Counted from the first letter of the stretch, positions 46,481-55,881 are shown. The stretch is DNA of 64,000 nucleotides from Alphaproteobacteria bacterium (GCA_965228425.1 OZ245815.1:3672095-3736094); one strand, 5' to 3'. Notes: generated by a model from the sequence alone, not told the origin. Numbers and translations: made by a program.

Positions 46481-48170
46481 AACGACCTGCCTTGATAAAC
46501 TTTGCCGGGTTCATGGGTTTCCCGTCGAAGCGCACTTCGTAGTGCACATGCGGCCCGGTACTGCGACCGGTGCTGCCGAGTAGCCCAATTCGGTGCCGAT
46601 GCCCAACTTCCTGGCCCCGTTTCACGAGGACCTTTCGAAGATGGCCATAGCGGGTGCGAATTCCATAACCATGGTCGATCTCGACCATCTTACCGTAGCG
46701 GCCCTTGCGTCCGGCGAAGACGACCTTCCCGGGCGCCGTCGCGAAAACGGGCGCGCCGCCCCATCCTGCCAGATCGACGCCGTAATGCATCGCCTTCTTC
46801 TTCGTGAACGGATCACGACGAAGGCCGAACGGACTGGCTTGATGGTAGAAATCGACCGGTGAGACCAGCGGGACACGCTTCAATAACGAGCGTAGGCCGG
46901 CCCACCGCGTCAACTGTGTATCGATCTCGGAAACGCTGCCGGGCAAGCCTTCCACTTCATCGGTCGTGCTGGCCACTTCGAACAGCGGGCCGCCCTGTCC
47001 CGATGCCATACGCGTGGCCCGGCCGAGGACCTTGTCCAGCTCAAGCCCGGTCATCGTGATCAGCCGCTCCGCTTCCTCGATATTCTTGACCGTGCGTTCG
47101 CCCAGACGATCCAACACGTTGCCTTGGGCCGCATGCAGATCGTTCAACCGGCGGATCAGAGCGACGGTGCGCTGTCTCAATTTCACCGTGGCGCCGTCGT
47201 GATCGATATGTCCGTCGAGTTCGTCGCTTCCCGCGCGCTCACTGCCGTTCAGTGCGATCCCTTCCGAGCCGGTGGTTTTCTCCAGCCGGTCCAGCACTTT
47301 CTCGAGATCGACTTCCGCCAATTTTGCACGGGAGCGGGCCGTCTTGATGCCGTCTTCGAGGCCGTCGACGCGAGACGCCAGGGTATCGCGCTGGTCCTCT
47401 ACTTTTTCCTTGTCCTCTCGATTAGCCGCAAGTGTGTCGCTCAATTCGGCGACGCGGCGCTCGAGATAGGCGCCGTCGGTGCGCGACCGGATAAGTTGCT
47501 CTTCCAATTCGGCAACCCGCTCGCGCAACTTCGTTCGCGTCCTGATGATCTGGTCGCGCTCGTCGCCGGCAAGCTTCAATTCGGTCTTGATCTTCTTCAG
47601 CGACCCTTCGAGCAGCACGTTCGTTTCGGTCATCTGAAGGACTTTGTGATCGATGTCGTTGAGATGACTGCGCAGACTGCCCGTCGGTTCGTCCGTCGCG
47701 TCGAGCTCGGAGACCGAATTACTCTGCGACGGTTTCTTGGACTTTCGGGCCGATTTGCCGGCGCGCTTCGCGGCCGCATCCGCCGCAGTTACGGCCTCGT
47801 TGACCTGCGACAAGAGGCTTTCCTGACTCTCGCGCAGATTCGACGTCACCGACGCCACCTTTTTCTGGTAGCTCAGGACCTCTTCGAACAAATCCTCATA
47901 CGCGACCCGCGCTTCGCGGATTTCGTCATTCTTGACCTGGATGACGCCGCTCTTGACAGTCGACATCAACGTCATGCCGATGCCCCAAACGCCGACGGCC
48001 ATCGCAACCAGAAAGGCGCTGATCTGCAGCCGGCGCGTGAGCGGAATGAAATGGACGCGTCCGTCCGAACGAAGAATCAACTCCCGTTCGCGAAACAACT
48101 CATCCAAAAATTCAATTACGGAACGACCGCCATGAATTAGACGGTGTATGAAACGATCCACCGGCAGCAT
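46464..48170 (-). CDS. bitopic coiled-coil M23 (LytM-type) metallopeptidase, LmdC-like
   Basis: N-terminal cytoplasmic segment, one TM (ISAFLVAMAVGVWGIGM), ~330 aa of heptad-rich coiled coil, and a C-terminal M23 domain HYGVDLA...HGYGIRTRYGHL...GSTGRSTGPHVHYEV. Its 3' end overlaps the bactofilin start by 17 nt. Confidence 0.88.
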   Translation of the reverse strand: MLPVDRFIHRLIHGGRSVIEFLDELFRERELILRSDGRVHFIPLTRRLQISAFLVAMAVGVWGIGMTLMSTVKSGVIQVKNDEIREARVAYEDLFEEVLSYQKKVASVTSNLRESQESLLSQVNEAVTAADAAAKRAGKSARKSKKPSQSNSVSELDATDEPTGSLRSHLNDIDHKVLQMTETNVLLEGSLKKIKTELKLAGDERDQIIRTRTKLRERVAELEEQLIRSRTDGAYLERRVAELSDTLAANREDKEKVEDQRDTLASRVDGLEDGIKTARSRAKLAEVDLEKVLDRLEKTTGSEGIALNGSERAGSDELDGHIDHDGATVKLRQRTVALIRRLNDLHAAQGNVLDRLGERTVKNIEEAERLITMTGLELDKVLGRATRMASGQGGPLFEVASTTDEVEGLPGSVSEIDTQLTRWAGLRSLLKRVPLVSPVDFYHQASPFGLRRDPFTKKKAMHYGVDLAGWGGAPVFATAPGKVVFAGRKGRYGKMVEIDHGYGIRTRYGHLRKVLVKRGQEVGHRHRIGLLGSTGRSTGPHVHYEVRFDGKPMNPAKFIKAGRYVFKG

Positions 48171-48456
48171 CCCAACCCAACCTCAGAGATTGTGTTTTTA
48201 AACGTTGAACGGATAGGTGTCGGATGTCGCCTTTCGGCTAAGGATGATATCGACCATCCCGTCGGCTTAGAAAACATGCTCCCTCCCAAATTCGACGCCC
48301 ACTGGACCCACTGCGTCAAATTCCCCTCTCTGTCACCCCGCGAAGTTATCGGCTGACGAGAGCAAAAACAAGTTCCTCAAAATCGCCGCGGCATGAAACA
48401 CTTGCATCCGACCCAGCCGCTAACGCGTTGAACAGGGAGAGTTTCCTCGATTTGCC

Positions 48457-48472
48457 TTAACGAAGGGTTAAC
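48457..48472. promoter_or_regulatory. perfect CtrA-box consensus TTAA-N7-TTAAC
   Basis: TTAAcgaagggTTAAC. It is the only perfect match I found in the window, and it lies inside the 434-bp low-GC gap upstream of the M23-bactofilin operon. Confidence 0.5.
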
Positions 48473-48604
48473 CTCGCCTAACAAGCAGTGTTTGTAGCCC
48501 CGCGTAACACAACGATTTTTCGCGAATCGCCGATTCAACACATAACCGTCTCGCTGCCGCGACAACGACCGGCCGTCGGCCGAATGATGTCGAACAAATT
48601 ATTG

Positions 48605-49837
48605 TTATGAAAAGGGCTTCGCAAAAAAATCCACAAGCTGGAACACGACAAAGGCCAAACAGCACACGAAACCGAGACTCGGCAGGGCGAAAGCCAAGAG
48701 AAAATTCGGCCGGACGCCATCGGCCGACACGTTCAATCGCACCAGTGCCAAATTCACCGTAGCGAAAATCAGCAGCGTTACCATGGACGTGAATCGGGCC
48801 AGAAACTCCAATGGAAATACGTAAGCCAAGGTCAACAACGCCGCGGCGCTGATTCCCGTCGCGAAAACCGGCGTGAGCGTCCGCGACGAAACGGAAGCGA
48901 ACACGGCTGGCAAGGATCCTTGCCGTCCCAATCCATACAACACGCGGGATGCCATGATGATCTGCACCAAAGCGCCGTTCAACACGGCAATCACAGCCAA
49001 TCCGTCGATCGCCAAGGTCGGCCAACCCGTCAGCCGAATGAAAATGTCCGACAACGGCGCCGTGCTCGCGCCGAGCTCTTCAACCGACATTGTCGAAACG
49101 GCCACCCAGGAGACGGCCGTATAGACGATCAGCGTGACCGCCAAGGTGATCGCGATGGCGCGGGGAAAAACCTGCTCGGGCCGGCGCACTTCCTCCGCAA
49201 CATTCACCATGTCCTCGAATCCGATGAACGCGTAGAACGCCAAAATTGCGCCCGACAAGACGCCCAGCATGCCGAAACTCATCTCGCCCGTCGGGTTTGC
49301 AGCGACCGCCGATATCGTCTCTGCAGCGAACGCATCGCGGCCGAGCCACACGATGACGACGAGACCGCCGATTTCGAGGACGGTCGCGACACCGGCGAGC
49401 ATGACCGATTCCGTAATCCCCCAAATCGCAACGGTGGCCAGGAAACCGACGGTCACCAGAACGATGAGCCAGCCCGGCACCGCGACGATGTTCTGTAGAT
49501 ACCCAACGGCACCGGAAACGATCGCCGCGCTGGAAACGAGCCCGATCAGAACAACCGAGAGTCCGACGGCCATCGTCAATGCCGGCCGCCCGAAGGCCTG
49601 GTCCACATAGACCGCTTCGCCGGCACTGCGGGGAAAGCGGACGACGAGCTGACTGAACGACAGAGCGGTCAGTCCGGCAAGAACCGCCGCGACAAAGAAG
49701 GAAATCGGGGCGAGAATTCCGGCGACCCCGGCGACCTTTCCGACCAGCACGTAAATTCCAGCACCGATCGTCGTCCCGAGGCCGTAAAGCGTGAGCAACG
49801 GAAGCGACAGACTGCGCTTGAGCGATTGACCTTGCAT
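48605..49837 (-). CDS. APC-superfamily amino acid permease
   Basis: LSLPLLTLYGLGTTIGAGIYVLVG, ~11-12 TM, 410 aa. Confidence 0.85.
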   Translation of the reverse strand: MQGQSLKRSLSLPLLTLYGLGTTIGAGIYVLVGKVAGVAGILAPISFFVAAVLAGLTALSFSQLVVRFPRSAGEAVYVDQAFGRPALTMAVGLSVVLIGLVSSAAIVSGAVGYLQNIVAVPGWLIVLVTVGFLATVAIWGITESVMLAGVATVLEIGGLVVIVWLGRDAFAAETISAVAANPTGEMSFGMLGVLSGAILAFYAFIGFEDMVNVAEEVRRPEQVFPRAIAITLAVTLIVYTAVSWVAVSTMSVEELGASTAPLSDIFIRLTGWPTLAIDGLAVIAVLNGALVQIIMASRVLYGLGRQGSLPAVFASVSSRTLTPVFATGISAAALLTLAYVFPLEFLARFTSMVTLLIFATVNLALVRLNVSADGVRPNFLLAFALPSLGFVCCLAFVVFQLVDFFAKPFS

Positions 49838-49914
49838 CCCGCAAGAATAGAAGAGCGATTCAGGCCCGCATTGACCTGCCGCAACCTACCGGAATGCGGC
49901 TTCGGGCGTGCGCG

Positions 49915-50340
49915 TCAGCCTTGCGACCAGGGCAGCCCGGTATGCTTCCATCCGCCTACGGTCCCGCGATGGCCGTTCGCGTCCTTATCGCCCTCAAAAC
50001 CCTCCGCCACATTGATGCATCGTCCGAAGCCGGCCTCGGTCAATGCGATCGCCGCGCTCTGCGACCGGGCGCCGGACCGGCATATCAGCAGAACGGTTTG
50101 GTCCGGCCGGACCCCGCCCTGTCTGACCTGCTCCACGAATGCCGGATTGACTTCGTTCGCGGGATAATCGAGCCATGATACGCAAAGCGTCTGTTTCTCC
50201 AGCGCGTCGAGCGCAGGCAGGCCGACATATTGCCATTCCGGCGCCGTCCGCACGTCGATCAGGCAGGCGTCGGGCTCGCGTTCAAGCAAATCCCACGCCT
50301 CTTGCGGATTAAGATCGCCCGCATACCGTTGGTCCGCCAT
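49915..50340 (-). CDS. rhodanese-domain protein
   Basis: LIDVRTAPEW and active-site loop CRSGARS. A strong SD (GGAGAGGG) precedes the ATG. Confidence 0.88.
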   Translation of the reverse strand: MADQRYAGDLNPQEAWDLLEREPDACLIDVRTAPEWQYVGLPALDALEKQTLCVSWLDYPANEVNPAFVEQVRQGGVRPDQTVLLICRSGARSQSAAIALTEAGFGRCINVAEGFEGDKDANGHRGTVGGWKHTGLPWSQG

Positions 50341-50432
50341 AAATCCCTCTCCTATCTGGTCCAGCGTCCACTGTTGTCCATGTCCGAGGCCCGTGCAAGA
50401 CGTTCATTCAATGAGAAAATTTCCGATTTATC

Positions 50433-50471
50433 AAGCTTGCTCAAAGAAAGCCTGCTTAAAAAAAGCTGGCT
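50433..50471. repeat. three 15-bp-phased AAGC-NN-GCT mini-palindromes (candidate MarR operator array)
   Basis: AAGCTTGCT (50433), AAGCCTGCT (50448) and AAGCTGGCT (50463). The third overlaps the -35 position relative to TATATT at 50490-50495. Confidence 0.45.
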
Positions 50472-50501
50472 AATAATGAGCACGCTTACTATATTTCCTC
50501 C

Positions 50502-51017
50502 ATGACCCAATACGACCTGGAAAAAAGTCTCGGGTTTCTTCTGAATGACGTTTCCCGGCTGATGCGCCAACGGTTCGACGAACGCGCGCGACGGCTGGGA
50601 CTGACGCGGGCGCAGTGGCGCGTGCTGGGTCATCTGCGTCGGTACGAGGGCATCAGCCAAAGTTCGCTGGCCGAGATTCTCGAGGTCGAAAATGTGACGC
50701 TCGGCCGCCACATCGACCGGCTCGAGGATGACGGCTGGGTGGAGCGGCGGCGCGACCCGGCCGACCGGCGCGTTTGGCGGCTACATCTGGCCGAGAAATC
50801 GCGTCCCATCATTGACCGCCTCAACACGTTATCATCCGAAGTGCGCGAGTTCGCGCTGACGGGACTATCAAAGCAGGACAAGGACAAATTGATCGATACC
50901 CTTCAATCGATGAAGAACAATCTCTTCACCATGAACGACATCGCACCGGACGACGGCGGCCAAACCGCGCACGGCTCGTCAACCAACAGCAAGACGAGGA
51001 AGCAAAATGTCGGCTAG
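50502..51017 (+). CDS. MarR-family transcriptional regulator
   Basis: LGLTRAQWRVLGHLRRYEGISQSSLAEILEVENVTLGRHIDRLEDDGWVERRRDPADRRV. Confidence 0.9.
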   Translation: MTQYDLEKSLGFLLNDVSRLMRQRFDERARRLGLTRAQWRVLGHLRRYEGISQSSLAEILEVENVTLGRHIDRLEDDGWVERRRDPADRRVWRLHLAEKSRPIIDRLNTLSSEVREFALTGLSKQDKDKLIDTLQSMKNNLFTMNDIAPDDGGQTAHGSSTNSKTRKQNVG

Positions 51018-52119
51018 CTTAAAATATTCCCTCCGGGTGCTTTTCTCCCGGTTCAAACGACCCGGCTTCATCCGATACGGCCTGCTGATCATCGGCCCGC
51101 TCGCCCTCGCCTTGGTCGGCGCCTACTACTACGCCATCGGCGGCCGTTACGTCTCCACGGAGAATGCCTATGTGAAGGCGGACAAGATCGCGATCAGCAC
51201 CGACGTATCGGGCCGCGTGACCAGGGTCAACGTAAAGGAAAACCAACTGGTAAAGGAAGGCGCCGTCCTGTTTGAGTTGGATCGCGAGCCGTTCCAAATT
51301 GCAGTGGACAAGGCGGAGGCCGACCTGCGTGCAATCCGCAACGAGATCGAAGCGACCCGCAAGCTATTCCGTGAAAAAGAGGCCGACCTGAAAGAAGCGG
51401 CGAAGGACGTCGCCTTCTTCCGGAAGGAGTTCGACCGCCGCCGGTCGCTGATGAAACGGGGCGTGGTATCGCAATCGCGGTTCGACACGGCGGGGCGCAA
51501 CCTGGAAGCGTCGCGCAACCGTATCGATAGTGTCCGCGAAGAGCTGGGCCGCATGATGGCGCGGTTGGGCGGCTCACCGGAGGTCGCAACAGATCTCAAC
51601 CCGGAGGTCCTGGCGGCGGAGGCCAACCTGAACGAGGCGAAACTCAACCTTTCGCACACGATCATCAAATCGCCGACCAACGGGATCGTGACGAAGAACG
51701 ACCTGCAGGACGGCGAGTTCGTCACCATGGGCCGACCGGTCTTCAGCATCGTCGCCTGGGACGATATCTGGGTCGAAGCGAACCTGAAGGAAACCGAGTT
51801 GACGCATGTTAACGAGGGCCAATCGGCGACGATCACGGTAGACGCCTATCCGGACTTCAAATGGAAAGCGCAGGTGAAAAGCATCGCGCCGGCGACCGGC
51901 GCGGAGTTCTCGATCCTGCCGCCGCAGAACGCGACCGGAAACTGGGTCAAGGTGGTTCAGCGTGTCCCGGTGCGATTGGAACTGACGGAGAAAGAATCCG
52001 GGCCGCCGCTGCGCGCCGGCATGAGCGTCATCGTCTCGATCGATACCGAGCATGAACGCGACCTGCCGCCGATCGTGGCGCGCGCCGTTGCCTTCATCAA
52101 GGGCGACAGCCAAAACTAG
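51007..52119 (+). CDS. HlyD/EmrA-family membrane fusion protein
   Basis: N-terminal TM, YVSTENAYVKADKIAIS, a coiled-coil hairpin, and LSHTIIKSPTNGIVT...VQRVPVRLEL. Overlaps marR by 11 nt. Confidence 0.88.
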   Translation: MSASLKYSLRVLFSRFKRPGFIRYGLLIIGPLALALVGAYYYAIGGRYVSTENAYVKADKIAISTDVSGRVTRVNVKENQLVKEGAVLFELDREPFQIAVDKAEADLRAIRNEIEATRKLFREKEADLKEAAKDVAFFRKEFDRRRSLMKRGVVSQSRFDTAGRNLEASRNRIDSVREELGRMMARLGGSPEVATDLNPEVLAAEANLNEAKLNLSHTIIKSPTNGIVTKNDLQDGEFVTMGRPVFSIVAWDDIWVEANLKETELTHVNEGQSATITVDAYPDFKWKAQVKSIAPATGAEFSILPPQNATGNWVKVVQRVPVRLELTEKESGPPLRAGMSVIVSIDTEHERDLPPIVARAVAFIKGDSQN

Positions 52120-52149
52120 ACCGGCCGCCGGCAAACGGGCCGGCCGGTC
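52119..52149 (+). terminator. GC-rich hairpin immediately after the hlyD-family gene
   Basis: GACCGGCCG...CGGCCGGTC, a 9-bp perfect stem plus inner pairs, starting at the last base of the TAG stop. No U-tract follows. Confidence 0.4.
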
Positions 52150-52286
52150 CCCCGCCGCCATGGCTCGGTTGCATGCGCCTGCGGCAACGCGGCGGCGTGC
52201 ATCGATTCCCGCATTGCTCTACCCTGGCCGCGGCCGCTTTCGCCGGTCCTCACCTCTAACCATCCATCCGCCGCGGAGGATCGCCC

Positions 52287-53474
52287 ATGTCCCATGAACG
52301 CCCATTTGCCGGCCTAAAGGTCTGTGACATCTCGCAAGGCATCTCCGGTCCCTATTGCGGCATGATGCTGGCGCAATACGGCGCGGACGTGGTCAAGATC
52401 GAAGGCCTGAACGGCGATTGGATCCGCAATATGGGCGGGCGGATCGAAGGCGATCATTCGGCACAATCGCTCGCCATGAACCGCGGCAAGCGCAGCATCG
52501 CGCTCGACCTCAAAAAACCGAAGGGTCTCGAGATTGCCCGGCGTTTTGCGCGCGAGGCGGACGTGGTCACGCAGAATTTCCGGCCCGGCGTCATCGACCG
52601 GCTGGGACTCGGCTATGACGACGTCTCGGCCGACAATCCCGACGTGATCTATCTCACCATCACCGGCTTCGGCACCGCCGGCCCGCTCGGCGAGCGGCCG
52701 GTCACCGACCAGATCATGCAGGGCTTTTCCGGCCTGCAGTCGATCACCCGTGGCCGTGACGGCGCGCCAATCGGTGTCGGCACCGCCATCATCGACTACA
52801 TCACCGGCAACTATGGCTATCAGGCCGTCGCAACGGCACTCTTCGCCCGCGCCATGGGATCCGGCGGCCGGCACGTAAAGGTCAGCATGCTCCAGGCCGC
52901 GATCGCGGTGCAGGCCGGCCAATTCATCCGGCACCATACACAGGGCAAGCAGCCGGCGGCGGCCGGCGTCCCGGTCGGCGTCTTCACGACCAAGGAAGGC
53001 TACATCAGCCTCAGCTCGAACAAGCCCACGCATTTCGCCGAAGTGTGCGACCTGCTCGGCCTGGAAGACCTGAAAAGCAATCCGGACTACGACACGCACA
53101 AGAAGCGCGTGTGGAAATCGGCCGAGATCAGCGCCGCCTTTCAGACCGTGTTGCTCGAAAAGTCCGCCGCGGACTGGGAAGAGAAGTTCAGCGCGCTGGG
53201 GCTCATGTGCACGCGGGTCAACGGCTACGGCGACCTGCTCGACCATGAACAGGTCAAGGCCGAAGAAATCTTCACCTGGGCGCAGCAAAGTGACACCGGA
53301 CCGATTCCAGTGCCCAACCTGCCCGGCGTCGATCCGGCAACCCCGGACGATCCGCGTGCGACATCGCCCCGTATCGGAGAACATACCCACACCCTGTTGA
53401 CCGAACTTGGATACGACGCGGACGGCATCGCCGCCCTCGCCGCCGAGAACGTCATCCCAACCAACGAGACATAA
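52287..53474 (+). CDS. CaiB/BaiF family III CoA-transferase
   Basis: PFAGLKVCDISQGISGPYCGMMLAQYGADVVKIE...NRGKRSIALDLK...VVTQNFRPGV. Confidence 0.9.
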   Translation: MSHERPFAGLKVCDISQGISGPYCGMMLAQYGADVVKIEGLNGDWIRNMGGRIEGDHSAQSLAMNRGKRSIALDLKKPKGLEIARRFAREADVVTQNFRPGVIDRLGLGYDDVSADNPDVIYLTITGFGTAGPLGERPVTDQIMQGFSGLQSITRGRDGAPIGVGTAIIDYITGNYGYQAVATALFARAMGSGGRHVKVSMLQAAIAVQAGQFIRHHTQGKQPAAAGVPVGVFTTKEGYISLSSNKPTHFAEVCDLLGLEDLKSNPDYDTHKKRVWKSAEISAAFQTVLLEKSAADWEEKFSALGLMCTRVNGYGDLLDHEQVKAEEIFTWAQQSDTGPIPVPNLPGVDPATPDDPRATSPRIGEHTHTLLTELGYDADGIAALAAENVIPTNET

Positions 53475-53514
53475 TCCGAAGAACACCGAGCACTATGGAA
53501 GGATCACCCGAAGA

Positions 53515-54267
53515 ATGAGCGACAACCTCGTTACCTATGAATCCAAGGACAACATCGCGTTCATCACGATCAACCGCCCCGACAAGCTGAACGCGTTGAG
53601 CAACCCGGTCGTGGTCGAAATCCGCGAGGCGATGATCCAGTACCGCGATTCCGATGACCGCTGCGCCATCGTCAGTGGTGCCGGCGACCGTGCCTTCTCG
53701 GTCGGCGCCGACTTGAAGGACCCGCCGCGCGATCCCGACCTCTGGGAATGCATGCCCGGCGTCGGCGTGGACGTGGACAAGCCGCTCATCGCCGCTGTCT
53801 CCGGTTATTGCGTCGGCGGCGCCTATGTTTTGGTCCAGTTCTGCGACCTCGCCGTCGCATCCGAAACCGCCGACTTCTTCTATCCGGAAGCGCAGATCGG
53901 TTTCTGCGGCGGCTTGATCGCCGGTTGCGCGGGCCGCATCCCGTACAAAATCGCCATGGAGTTCATGCTCACCGGCAAGCATTTCGACGCCCAGCGCGCC
54001 TATGAGGTCGGCATGGTCAACAAGGTCGTACCGGCTGGCCAGCACATCGAAGGCGCGATGGAATACGCCGAAGTCCTGCGCGACAGCGCCCCGCTCGTGG
54101 TTGGCGCGTTGAAGCGCTTCGTGCGCAACACGGTCATACCGCGCGGACCGTCCGAACAGTCCGGGCTGGCCCAACGCGACCTCTTGGCGATCCGCCGCAG
54201 CGAAGACCAACAGGAAGGCGGCCGCGCCTTCCGCGAGAAACGCAAACCGGTCTTTACGGGACGCTAG
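53515..54267 (+). CDS. enoyl-CoA hydratase/isomerase family protein
   Basis: IAFITINRPDKLNAL, GAGDRAFSVGADL, GYCVGGAYVL. The ORF opens at 53407, overlapping the upstream gene. Confidence 0.88.
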   Translation: MSDNLVTYESKDNIAFITINRPDKLNALSNPVVVEIREAMIQYRDSDDRCAIVSGAGDRAFSVGADLKDPPRDPDLWECMPGVGVDVDKPLIAAVSGYCVGGAYVLVQFCDLAVASETADFFYPEAQIGFCGGLIAGCAGRIPYKIAMEFMLTGKHFDAQRAYEVGMVNKVVPAGQHIEGAMEYAEVLRDSAPLVVGALKRFVRNTVIPRGPSEQSGLAQRDLLAIRRSEDQQEGGRAFREKRKPVFTGR

Positions 54268-54383
54268 ACTGCACGGACGCAACGGGCGCCAGCCCGCGTC
54301 CGTTTTTTTCGCCCCCATTTCGGCGGATCGCGATTGTCGCGTATCCTGGGGCGGCAACCGTGTGCGCAGAGAGAAGAAACGCG

Positions 54384-55007
54384 ATGAAACTCTACATCAC
54401 TCCCGGATCGCCCTATGCCCGAATGGCCCGCGTCGTCGTCCAGGAAAAGGACCTGGAAGATCGGGTCGAGCTCGTCCAGGCGAAGACGCGGACGGAGAAT
54501 TCGCCCTATTACGACATCAACCCGTCCGGGCGGGTCCCGTTCCTGTTACTCGACGACGGCCGAAGTTTCGAAGAATCGTCTTTGATCTGCCGCTATCTCG
54601 ACTCGGTCGACGACAATCCGACGCTCGACTCCGCGCCGGGCGCGCCGGAATGGGAACTGCCGAGGCTGGAGTCGATGGCGCGCAGTATGCTCGACGGCAT
54701 CAGCCTCTGGTCGCGGGAATTCACCTACCGGCCCGCCGAGATTCGCTCCGATTTCTTCATCAATCACGAGACTGCCCGCGCCGTGCGGATGCTCGACGCT
54801 TTCGAGCGGGAGCTCGAAAATCCGGTTTTCACGGGGCCGCTCAACATGGCGCAGCTGACGCTGGCCTGCACCCTGCACGGGCGGGACAAAATCGCCAATG
54901 GTTTCGAATGGCGCGGCGAGCGGCCGAAACTGGCCGCTTGGATCGACCGCATCGGCGAGCGCCCGTCATTTGCGACGACCAAGCCGCCGCCCCGAAAGCC
55001 GCATTAG
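54384..55007 (+). CDS. glutathione S-transferase family protein
   Basis: MKLYITPGSPYARMARV...NPSGRVPFLLLDDG...ESSLICRYL (thioredoxin-like N-domain), followed by a helical C-domain. Confidence 0.85.
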   Translation: MKLYITPGSPYARMARVVVQEKDLEDRVELVQAKTRTENSPYYDINPSGRVPFLLLDDGRSFEESSLICRYLDSVDDNPTLDSAPGAPEWELPRLESMARSMLDGISLWSREFTYRPAEIRSDFFINHETARAVRMLDAFERELENPVFTGPLNMAQLTLACTLHGRDKIANGFEWRGERPKLAAWIDRIGERPSFATTKPPPRKPH

Positions 55008-55032
55008 TCCTGCCAGGAAGAGGATACCCGCC

Positions 55033-55878
55033 ATGCCCAAGATCGACGTGAACGGCGTCAACATCTACTACGAGGAAGCGGGCAGCGGCGTGCCGATCCT
55101 GTTCCTGCACGAGTTCGCGGGCGACTACCGCAGTTGGGAACCGCAGATGCGCTTCTTCGCGCGCCGCAACCGCTGCATCACCCTGTCCTACCGCGGCTAC
55201 CCGCCCTCGGACATTCCCGACGATCCGGATGCCTATTCGCAGGATATCTTTCTCGACGACATCCTCGGCGTGATGGATGCGCTGGACATCGGCAAGGCGC
55301 ATCTCTGCGGCCTGTCGGTCGGCGCCAACAGCGCCGTGTTCATGGGCATGCGCGCGCCGGAACGCTGCCTGTCGCTGATCGTCGCCGGCGGCGGCCACGG
55401 CAGCGTCAAAGGGGCGGAAGACCGCGAGGAATTCGAACAGGATTTCTCGGTGCGCGCGGAACGCCTGCTGAAGGAAGGCATGGAGGTGATCGCCCGCGAA
55501 CAGGCCGACAAGCCGAACCGCCGCCCGATGAAGGCGAAGGACCCGCGCGGCTGGGCCGAATTCCGCGACCAGCTTATCGAGCATGACGCGAAGGGCTCCG
55601 CCTACACCGCCGTCGGCGTGCCGCTGAAGCGTCCGAACTTCCAGGATATCGAGCAAGACCTCGCCACCATGGACGTACCGACACTGATCATCGTCGGCGA
55701 CCAGGACGCGAACTGTATCGAAGGCAGCATCTTCTTGAAGCAAGCCCTGCCCCGCGCCGGGCTCGCCGTCTTCCCGATGAGCGGCCATCTGCTGCCAATC
55801 GAGGAACCGGATCTCTTCAACCGCATGATGCTGGAGTTCATCACCCAGGCCGAGGCCGGGCGGTGGGAGAAGCCGTAA
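55033..55878 (+). CDS. alpha/beta hydrolase
   Basis: VNIYYEEAGSGVPILFLHEFAGD, nucleophile elbow GLSVGA, and late GHLLPIEEP. Confidence 0.85.
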   Translation: MPKIDVNGVNIYYEEAGSGVPILFLHEFAGDYRSWEPQMRFFARRNRCITLSYRGYPPSDIPDDPDAYSQDIFLDDILGVMDALDIGKAHLCGLSVGANSAVFMGMRAPERCLSLIVAGGGHGSVKGAEDREEFEQDFSVRAERLLKEGMEVIAREQADKPNRRPMKAKDPRGWAEFRDQLIEHDAKGSAYTAVGVPLKRPNFQDIEQDLATMDVPTLIIVGDQDANCIEGSIFLKQALPRAGLAVFPMSGHLLPIEEPDLFNRMMLEFITQAEAGRWEKP

Positions 55879-55881
55879 CGG

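Noticed and set aside
48524-48536. A pair of GANTC (CcrM methylation) sites 8 nt apart, as a special cell-cycle signal.
   Set aside because: One or two GANTC sites in 434 bp is about what base composition predicts. It is only worth noting alongside the CtrA box.
48144-48565. Small ORFs of 70 aa (+, 48144..48356) and 62 aa (-, 48377..48565) in the long intergenic gap.
   Set aside because: They show no GC3 bias, no SD and no recognisable motif. The region is better explained as promoter, UTR or regulatory DNA.
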